Virus record (IMG/VR): IMGVR_UViG_3300006854_000019
DNA from: a virus
Strand: one strand, 5' to 3'
DNA: 64,000 bases
Shown here: in pieces, positions 57,948 through 64,000 of the stretch
How the letters are laid out: each line of letters starts with the position of its first letter
How positions within the stretch are numbered: the first letter of the stretch is position 1
Translations under genes and position numbers: made by a program
The notes under the pieces: generated by a model
Told to the model about the DNA's origin: nothing
Databases searched by the model: none
What the model saw: only the letters and a program-made list of their open reading frames with translations

Positions 57948-58537
57948 ACGTGGATGCAGGGCTCCAGCCAGTGTTCGCGGCGATCGCTAGCGAAGTCGAC
58001 TACGTAGAACCGGAGTCGACCGGCGCGGCCGCCGGCAAGATCGCCGAAGATCTGGGCATGACGACGGCAGCGGTGAACCGCGCCGCGCGCACGCTCGCCC
58101 TCCGCGGCCTTGTCGTCGACACCGGCTCCGCTATGAAAAAGCGTGGCCGCCAATGGCACTGGATCGACGCACCCAAGACCGAAGGCGGCATGCGGAGTAA
58201 GCCGGGCGCATCCACGGTGTGGGGCTTGCCCAAAGCGGTCGCAGCCGATGTGGAAGAGCGCGGCGCGGACGCGGTGTTCGCGGATTCGGAGAAACCAGCC
58301 ATGAAATCGAACCCCGGCTTCTACGTGTGGGCCCTCGCCGTGGGCTCTTCCGAACCCCTGACCTCCGAAGGCCCCTGGGGCCCGTACGATTCACTCACCC
58401 GCGCCGCGCAGTTTGCGCGCATCGGCGCCACCGAAGGGATCCACGATCGGGTCGTCTCCCGCGGCAAGGACCCGAAGTCCGCGTCGTTCACCATCGTCCG
58501 CCGCTATCAGGCGAAGACGGGGAAGAGCCTGCTGTGA
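57944..58537 (+). CDS. winged-helix (MarR-like) domain protein (197 aa)
   Basis: GTG 57944; AAGKIAEDLGMTTAAVNRAARTLALRGLVVD = HTH plus wing. Confidence 0.5.
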   Translation: MNVDAGLQPVFAAIASEVDYVEPESTGAAAGKIAEDLGMTTAAVNRAARTLALRGLVVDTGSAMKKRGRQWHWIDAPKTEGGMRSKPGASTVWGLPKAVAADVEERGADAVFADSEKPAMKSNPGFYVWALAVGSSEPLTSEGPWGPYDSLTRAAQFARIGATEGIHDRVVSRGKDPKSASFTIVRRYQAKTGKSLL

Positions 58538-58764
58538 GCACAGAAAACTACAAATACAAAACCTGCGAGTACTGCGGCGCGTTGGAGAATGTGTCCTACT
58601 CCAGCGGAGTATCGTTTACCCAGCACGTGTCGTGCTGCACGGTCATTCAGAAGCTCACTGCCCGCGTGGCCGAGCTCGAAGCGTTTAAGGCGAAAGAAGA
58701 TGCCCGCCGCGCACTCATCGAAGAGACGGAAACGGAAGCTCCGCCTGGTTTCGACGGAGGATGA
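58534..58764 (+). CDS. small Cys-containing protein (76 aa)
   Basis: GTG 58534 in GTGA overlap; CEYCGA ... SCC; coiled-coil end. Confidence 0.5.
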   Translation: MSTENYKYKTCEYCGALENVSYSSGVSFTQHVSCCTVIQKLTARVAELEAFKAKEDARRALIEETETEAPPGFDGG

Positions 58765-58768
58765 AACG

Positions 58769-59827
58769 ATGAAACGCTACTCACCACCGGATCAACGCTA
58801 CTCACGGGATCTGCTCGATCATGCCGCCGGCCCCGAACTCACCGCGCTCGGCGCGCAGCAATCACGGCGCGACGAAGGGGAGACGGACGAGGCATACAAG
58901 GCGCGGCTCGCCGTCCATTGGCCAGTCGATTGCAAGGGCGCGCGCCTTTACGTAGGCGATCTGATCGAGAACAAGGTGGGAAACGCCCAGTGCCAGTTCA
59001 CGGTGGAGAAGCTCGACCTCGGTCTCTCCGTCGTTGGTTCGCTGAGCGAAGAAGACTGGGAAAAGTGGGGCAAGGAAATTGTTGGGTACGCGGACAGTTC
59101 CACATATCGGAGCCCAACCTGCGCTGCAGGGCTCCCAACGCGCCGCGCGATCGGCCTCTACGCCTACTCATCCGAGCTCATCACGCGCTACGGCGTGATG
59201 GAGATCGGCGACAAGGCGCGCCGCCAGCTTGGCCGGAAGGCCAGAGTCACCGAAATCGACCGCTTGGAGTGGGTCTATCGCATCGGGTGGCGCGGGAAGA
59301 CCTTTTGTGTGGGCTTTGATGACGAGGCGAACGGGTACGCGCAAGTGACAAGCTGTTTTCATTGCCCCGGGTGCGACGCGCTGATGGATGGCGAGAAGCT
59401 CCGCAGCGTGGGCTGTGAAGGCATCTGGAACTGCCCGGCCTGTCACCAGAAGCGCATCAAGGCCATGATGGATAAAAGCTTCATGGACCGTGTTCCCGAG
59501 CCCCACGGCTTGAGCATCGGGCACCCCGAGCCGCCGGCCGTGATCGCGCCCCGCCCGACCCGCCACGAGGCGCACGCCGCATTCGTCGCGCGAATGAAAG
59601 AGGGAGTAGAACCCGAGCTCCCGCCCGGGCACACGTGCGTGTGCGATATCGAAGCGTGCTGCGAGAACGGAAGCTTCTGCCGGATTTACGATGAGCGCGG
59701 CAAGGAAGCCAAATGGGCGGTGTTGACCGAGCGAACGACCGAGGCGCGCGCGTATGACGTCCTCAAGAGTCTGTCCCACAAGTACCTCGAGCGCCTGAAG
59801 GCCGGGGAGGGCCCGAAGCGCCGTTGA
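58769..59827 (+). CDS. member C of the three-gene paralogue family (352 aa)
   Basis: Internal ATG 58769 (MKRYSPPDQ); GPELTALGAQQSRRDEGETDEAYKARLAVHWP and LPPGHTCVCD modules. Confidence 0.7.
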   Translation: MKRYSPPDQRYSRDLLDHAAGPELTALGAQQSRRDEGETDEAYKARLAVHWPVDCKGARLYVGDLIENKVGNAQCQFTVEKLDLGLSVVGSLSEEDWEKWGKEIVGYADSSTYRSPTCAAGLPTRRAIGLYAYSSELITRYGVMEIGDKARRQLGRKARVTEIDRLEWVYRIGWRGKTFCVGFDDEANGYAQVTSCFHCPGCDALMDGEKLRSVGCEGIWNCPACHQKRIKAMMDKSFMDRVPEPHGLSIGHPEPPAVIAPRPTRHEAHAAFVARMKEGVEPELPPGHTCVCDIEACCENGSFCRIYDERGKEAKWAVLTERTTEARAYDVLKSLSHKYLERLKAGEGPKRR

Positions 59828-59859
59828 CGCTCTCGGCTCCCCGGTGCTAGTGGGGGAGA

Positions 59860-60519
59860 ATGGCCGATAGCGATAGTCCGGCTGATGTAGCGGCAGAAAA
59901 GCCTGCCAAAGAGATCGAGTCGCCGCTCGATGCCTGGGTCCGGGGAGGAACGACCTCGTTCGCGTACGACATGGACGTTGCCCGGCGCCACGCCGAAGCC
60001 GAGGAGCGCCGGAACGTGCAGGACGCGCAATTCGCCGCGACCCGCGGCGGCGCCCTTCCCGGTGCCCTGTCGCCTGACGGAAAGCCCATCGCATCCGATG
60101 CCACGACGCACGCCAGGATGATGAGCATGAAGCTCGGCGGCCGCTCGACGCACGCGAGCATCGTGCTCGGCATCAAGCGTCCCCGCTCGACGGAGATCAA
60201 AGAGTGGATGACCTGCGAGCTGTCGGAAGAGACGCACGAAGACGGGACGAAGGAATACACACTCACGATGTGCTGCCCGCGCTGCGTCTTCACGCTCGGC
60301 CGGCACATGGCCGACTCGCAGATGCACATCAAGCAATCGAACCGGCATTTCGAGGTCGACCCGAAGAACATGGGCGAGATCTGGATCAACCCAGACGACC
60401 CGAACGAAGTGGTCACGCTGGCCGGTACGATCGAGCTCGACGAATGGGCGACGTGCCCCCAGCTCGGCTGCGGCTACCGGTTCAAGATCGATCACTCAGT
60501 GGTGCGTGGCGATGAGTAA
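59860..60519 (+). CDS. hypothetical protein (219 aa)
   Basis: ATG 59860 with GGGGGAGA upstream; CCPRC ... CPQLGCGYRF. Confidence 0.7.
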   Translation: MADSDSPADVAAEKPAKEIESPLDAWVRGGTTSFAYDMDVARRHAEAEERRNVQDAQFAATRGGALPGALSPDGKPIASDATTHARMMSMKLGGRSTHASIVLGIKRPRSTEIKEWMTCELSEETHEDGTKEYTLTMCCPRCVFTLGRHMADSQMHIKQSNRHFEVDPKNMGEIWINPDDPNEVVTLAGTIELDEWATCPQLGCGYRFKIDHSVVRGDE

Positions 60520-60694
60520 GATGAAGGCGTCCAGCCATAGCGTGGATCTCATTTCCGTGTACCTGCTCATCGCCGCCGAAACGTGGAGCAACGGACATTG
60601 GTTCACGATGGGAGGCGCGCTCTTTTGCGTAGGCCTCCATATGTGGAGGGTTGTGAAGGCAAGTCTGGACGAAGCCCTTGAAGCCGATGAGTAA
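60512..60694 (+). CDS. small two-helix membrane protein (60 aa)
   Basis: ATG 60512 (MSKMKASSH) inside the junction GATGAGTAAG; helices LISVYLLIAAE and MGGALFCVGLHMW. Confidence 0.55.
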   Translation: MSKMKASSHSVDLISVYLLIAAETWSNGHWFTMGGALFCVGLHMWRVVKASLDEALEADE

Positions 60695-60881
60695 GTACAT
60701 TGTTCGCTGGCGGGAGTTTGGGGCAGCGGCTGCAACGCTCAGCTTTCTTGTCGGCTGTGAAGCGATCTCGTCGGGCCACCTGCCGCTGGCTTTAATTGCC
60801 GGCGCAAATGGTTTCTTTAATCTGTGGGTAGCGTGGACTGGCCACCGCGGCGAAGAACTCGAGAAGCGCGCGAAGGAGTAA
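60687..60881 (+). CDS. small two-helix membrane protein (64 aa)
   Basis: ATG 60687 (MSKYIVRW) inside a second GATGAGTAAG junction; helices AAAATLSFLVGC and LALIAGANGFFNLWVAW. Confidence 0.55.
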   Translation: MSKYIVRWREFGAAAATLSFLVGCEAISSGHLPLALIAGANGFFNLWVAWTGHRGEELEKRAKE

Positions 60882-60884
60882 GGC

Positions 60885-61598
60885 ATGGAGACGATTTCTG
60901 ACCCAGGGCTGCCGTGGCTGCACGAGCTCAACTTCGATCGACTCGTACGGCTCGAGAAGTGGGTAGAAGAAGATCAGATGAGCGAGCTCGGAATCGCAGT
61001 CGAGATCCACACACAATGGCGCGAAGCGATGCGCGTGGACGGATGGAAGCGCGGTGCGGCCGGCAACGATCACGAGCACCCGTGCATCGTGGACTGGAAC
61101 GACCTGCCATCCTGTGAAAAAGAGCAAGCCATAGGCTACGTGCTCGGCTTCAAACATGGACGGCTAATGCGCCCAGATGAAGAACCCGAGATCAGACCGG
61201 CCGATCCCGACGAACAGGAAGGCATCTTCCCGCCGATCGATCCCGACGGCGGACTGAAGCCGGCCTTCTTCTACAAGTCGGATCCACCGACGCTCCAAGA
61301 GCGCGTGAAGGCGCACGTCCGCAACGGGGTCATGATGGCCGTCGCGCACACGGCCTACAAGATCTCCGAAGAGCTCCGCGGCGAGCTCACGATCGACGTA
61401 CGCAAGGTGACGAAACCCCTGGGCCTGCACAAGATCCGCGAAGGCATCGCCGACTGGCTCGAGGCCTTCGGCAAGGAGTGCGACAAGAAGGCAGCCCTCT
61501 ACGCGTGCCAGAGCACGATCGAAGATGCGGGCGATCTCGCCGAAGACATCGCCGGCACGAACGGAACGCTCGGCCACCAGGGAGGCATTTTCGCATGA
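60885..61598 (+). CDS. RyR-domain-containing protein (237 aa)
   Basis: LGIAVEIHTQWREAMRVDGWKRGAAGNDHEHPCIVDWNDLPSCEKEQAIGYV fits the RyR-domain pattern (iHe.W......GW.yG.......hP.lv.w.eLp..eK..d). Confidence 0.55.
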   Translation: METISDPGLPWLHELNFDRLVRLEKWVEEDQMSELGIAVEIHTQWREAMRVDGWKRGAAGNDHEHPCIVDWNDLPSCEKEQAIGYVLGFKHGRLMRPDEEPEIRPADPDEQEGIFPPIDPDGGLKPAFFYKSDPPTLQERVKAHVRNGVMMAVAHTAYKISEELRGELTIDVRKVTKPLGLHKIREGIADWLEAFGKECDKKAALYACQSTIEDAGDLAEDIAGTNGTLGHQGGIFA

Positions 61599-61891
61599 AC
61601 CGCCAAGAACGCCGGGCAAGCCGAAAACGAATGCGCGTGATCCGCGGCGGCCGTGCCGAAGATCCGCCGGCGCCTGATCTACAAACCCCCGCCGGCGCAC
61701 TCGGCAAAGCCCTCGATGCTTTTCTGAAGCAACGGATGCTCACGGACAAGCGACTGACCCCCGAGATCACGACAGCCGTGGTCATGAACCTGGCCGCAGC
61801 GGTGGCCGTGGCAACCGGAGTCCCGCGCGAGGATTACGTGCGGGCAAGCGAAGTGCTGTACGACGCCGAAGTCGCGGTGAAGCGCGTATGA
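61595..61891 (+). CDS. hypothetical protein (98 aa)
   Basis: ATGA overlap; MNRQERRASRKRMRVIRGG. Confidence 0.55.
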   Translation: MNRQERRASRKRMRVIRGGRAEDPPAPDLQTPAGALGKALDAFLKQRMLTDKRLTPEITTAVVMNLAAAVAVATGVPREDYVRASEVLYDAEVAVKRV

Positions 61892-63207
61892 CCGATCTTC
61901 CCGCTACGGGCGGCAGCGCCGAAGTCCCGAAAGACGGATCGGTCCGCGGTTCCTACTTCGCCGCCGGCGCGCCCGCCGCGCACGCCTACGGTGTCCTTTA
62001 CAATGGCGAGTGGGCAACGCTCCACGACGGGACGGCGCGGGCCATCCGCCGCCACGCCCGCGCCCTGAACGACGCCGGGATCCCGGTACGCGTGGCGAGC
62101 ACGAGCGGGGTGGTGATGAGTGAAAAGGGCTACCCCGAGCCCCTTCACATCGGCATCCATCCTCTGGTCGCGGCCGAGGTCGGAGACTTGCGCGACATGT
62201 CGATCGGCGCGCACGTGCCCATCATCCGGCACCTGGTCGTGCAGGACGCAGAAAAGCTGTCCCGCGCCATCTTTCCCCGGAGCCTGATCCACGCCGAGCC
62301 GGCAAAGCTATTGGCCATGCGGAGCCAGATCGGCGCATCCACTGTAGTTTACAGCGTGTGGGAACGCGATCGCGTGGGCGAAGACATCGTGCGCGTCTTG
62401 AATCGCGTGGCCGAATGCTGGGTGCCCTGCGAACAGAACAAGCAAATGCTGGAGGCCTCGGGCGTCGAACGCGTGGCCGTGATCCCGCATCCCTATCTGC
62501 CGGATGCGCCGGTCCTTCAGTGCGTCCGGCGAAAGCCGATCGCGGAAAAGCGCTTCTACGCGATCGGCCGCTGGGAACCCCGCAAAGGCTTCGACCGGCT
62601 GATTCGCGCCTTCATCAGCGTCTACGGCAAGGACGAATCCGCAACTCTCACTATCAAGTACACGCCCAGCAAATGGAGCGCAGCGGTGAGCCCCGAGGCG
62701 TTTCTCGAAGCCGAGCTTAAGGCGCACCCGCGTGCCGCCGCGGTCCGCCCCCGCATCAAGCTGATTGGGGATGTGCTGCCGGAACCCGCGATCCTGAAGC
62801 TCCACTTCGACAACAACATCTACGTGGCCCCCTCCCACGGCGAGGCGTTCTGTTTCCCTGCCTTCGACGCCAAGCTCGCTGGCAATCAGCTCGTCCACGT
62901 CCCTTACGGCGGCACCGCCGATTTCTCCGATCCCGATCGCGACATTTCGCTCCCGTTTTTCATGGCGCCGGCGCACCCGAGCTACGGCTGGCCCGCCGGA
63001 TCGCAATGGGCGGACTACACCCAGGAAGATCTTGCCGCCGCGCTCGTCCAGGCCGCGCCGCCCCCGGACTTCACCCGCCCCGCAGCCATCGAATCCCGCT
63101 ACTCCATGGCCGAGGTAGGCCAGGCAATGGCCGCCCGGATCCTGGGGATCGCAGAATCGGTAGACAAAAAGGCGGCCGAGTACTACAGGGGCCGCGTTCG
63201 CGCCTAA
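61888..63207 (+). CDS. GT-B fold glycosyltransferase, group 1-like (439 aa)
   Basis: FYAIGRWEPRKGFDRLIRAF ... IKLIGDV ... VAPSHGEAFCFPAFDAKLAGNQLV = the R/K-G motif and E-x7-E region of retaining GT4-type enzymes. Confidence 0.7.
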   Translation: MTDLPATGGSAEVPKDGSVRGSYFAAGAPAAHAYGVLYNGEWATLHDGTARAIRRHARALNDAGIPVRVASTSGVVMSEKGYPEPLHIGIHPLVAAEVGDLRDMSIGAHVPIIRHLVVQDAEKLSRAIFPRSLIHAEPAKLLAMRSQIGASTVVYSVWERDRVGEDIVRVLNRVAECWVPCEQNKQMLEASGVERVAVIPHPYLPDAPVLQCVRRKPIAEKRFYAIGRWEPRKGFDRLIRAFISVYGKDESATLTIKYTPSKWSAAVSPEAFLEAELKAHPRAAAVRPRIKLIGDVLPEPAILKLHFDNNIYVAPSHGEAFCFPAFDAKLAGNQLVHVPYGGTADFSDPDRDISLPFFMAPAHPSYGWPAGSQWADYTQEDLAAALVQAAPPPDFTRPAAIESRYSMAEVGQAMAARILGIAESVDKKAAEYYRGRVRA

Positions 63208-63216
63208 AGTTTCGCT

Positions 63217-63252
63217 CGATTTCTTCGTGTTTTCTCGATCTGCCAGTAGCCT
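63217..63252 (+). promoter_or_regulatory. promoter-like motif CGATTTCTTCGTG-N17-TAGCCT, 6 nt from a GTG start
   Basis: -35 region at 63224..63229, -10 at 63247..63252, GTG 63259. Confidence 0.35.
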
Positions 63253-63258
63253 GATCGC

Positions 63259-63786
63259 GTGGCTGAGGCAGACGACGTACCGAGCGGCATTTTCGAGGAC
63301 CAGGGTGATCCCTGGGAGTTCCCTGAAGTGCCCCTTGCCGTCGATGAGGACGGAAACGGCGGTCCGCCGCCACCATCCGCGCCGCTCCCCGCGCTGCCGC
63401 CAGGCCCCAATCAAGAGCCGAAGGTTTACGCCGCCGAAGGGCCGCCCCCGCCGCCGCTCCCGCCCGTGCACACGCCCGTAGTTTTCGGCGAAGGATCGAA
63501 CCTGCCGGGTGGTGGCGGCAACGCGCGCCGGAGCGCCGGCATCACCCTGCTGACCGTTGCCGCCGGCGCCGGCATCGGCGCGCTTTTCGGTGGCGCCTGG
63601 GGCGCGGGTGCGGGCGCTTTCACGTTCGCCGCGTTCCGCAATGGCTGGCGCGCGAAATCAACCTGGGGCTCGACCGATGAAGCGGTACACGCCGAAGCGG
63701 TCAAGAGCATGACCGTTTCTGTCGTCGGCCTGGGCATCGGCGGTTACTGCGCGTACCGCGCGCACAAATTACGGAACGAGGACTGA
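63259..63786 (+). CDS. Pro-rich N-terminus + Gly-rich multi-helix membrane protein (175 aa)
   Basis: GTG 63259, 6 nt downstream of a TAGCCT -10-like element; helices ITLLTVAAGAGIGALFGGAWGAGAGAFTFAAF and VSVVGLGIGGYCAY. Confidence 0.6.
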   Translation: MAEADDVPSGIFEDQGDPWEFPEVPLAVDEDGNGGPPPPSAPLPALPPGPNQEPKVYAAEGPPPPPLPPVHTPVVFGEGSNLPGGGGNARRSAGITLLTVAAGAGIGALFGGAWGAGAGAFTFAAFRNGWRAKSTWGSTDEAVHAEAVKSMTVSVVGLGIGGYCAYRAHKLRNED

Positions 63787-63789
63787 AGG

Positions 63790-64000
63790 ATGAACTCGAG
63801 CGTTAACGTTCTTGCCGATGCGCAGTTTACGGTTGCCCGAACGCTGAAGCCGTTCAAGGGATTCGAGCGGGCCTACCAAGGGCAGGCGCCGAATATTCCG
63901 ATCGCGATCCCGGGCGGAACGGCGCCCGAAGCTGGAACGCCCGGGTATGCGCCGAATCTGGCCGCCGGCTTCCCCGTCCCGCTCGGCGCCCGCTGCACCC
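63790..64000 (+). CDS. hypothetical protein, 5' part (runs off the window)
   Basis: ATG 63790 with GAAGGA upstream; MNSSVNVLADAQFTVARTLKPFKGF. Confidence 0.5.
   Translation, partial: MNSSVNVLADAQFTVARTLKPFKGFERAYQGQAPNIPIAIPGGTAPEAGTPGYAPNLAAGFPVPLGARCT

Noticed and set aside
1-64000. Search by eye for tRNA, rRNA, integrase/att sites, terminase, portal and tail genes
   Set aside because: I found nothing I could support. The absence of tRNA genes should be confirmed with tRNAscan-SE or ARAGORN, and the absence of packaging and tail genes with profile searches. I cannot exclude divergent versions from sequence reading alone.

Overview
High-G+C (by eye above 60%), very gene-dense 64-kb window. 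I count about 115 protein-coding genes and recognise no rRNA, tRNA or CRISPR array. Most intergenic gaps are under 50 nt, and I hand-checked more than 40 start/stop overlaps of the ATGA / GTGA / TGATG type. The six-frame track is full of long antisense 'shadow' ORFs. I chose frames by third-position G+C, recognisable motifs and coupled start/stop geometry, so many real starts are internal to the track ORFs. Two genes are absent from the track altogether (1..754 and 3074..3220).

The content looks like part of a large bacterial virus or virus-like mobile element from a high-G+C diderm host (lipoproteins and peptidoglycan-directed enzymes are present).

Layout:
- (i) 1-754: 5' part of a TnpB-family gene that runs off the window.
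- (ii) 0.8-19.1 kb, minus strand: about 30 translationally coupled genes. About 19 encode tail-anchored membrane proteins. They are interleaved with three beta-rich capsid-like proteins, a 689-aa protein with a roughly 380-aa polybasic N-terminus, a J-domain protein, two peptidoglycan-binding-like proteins and a transglutaminase-like cysteine peptidase.
- (iii) 19.2-31.4 kb, minus strand: an 839-aa coiled-coil protein, ParB next to a catalytically dead RuvC-like protein, DnaB, a degenerate loader-like protein, and an initiator-like ORF that contains an iteron origin.
- (iv) 31.5-33.3 kb, plus strand: a lone beta-helix spike-like gene.
- (v) 33.3-40.2 kb, minus strand: DnaN, an orphan N4/N6 DNA methyltransferase and small proteins.
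- (vi) 40.3-64 kb, plus strand: many small Cys-rich proteins, RuvC, a tail-anchored esterase-like protein, an antisense dual-specificity phosphatase, an envelope/lysis cassette, an MmcB-like nuclease, a RyR-domain protein and a GT-B glycosyltransferase.

I recognise no terminase, portal, tail or packaging-ATPase gene anywhere in the 64 kb.

Main hypothesis (inference, not proven): the 0.8-19 kb block encodes the proteome of an internal-membrane, jelly-roll-type virion with a membrane-tethered DNA-condensing protein. Such a virion would be far larger than described prokaryotic members of that class. A recurrent promoter-like motif (CGATTTCTTGACC-N16-18-TAGCAT) sits 6-9 nt from several start codons.
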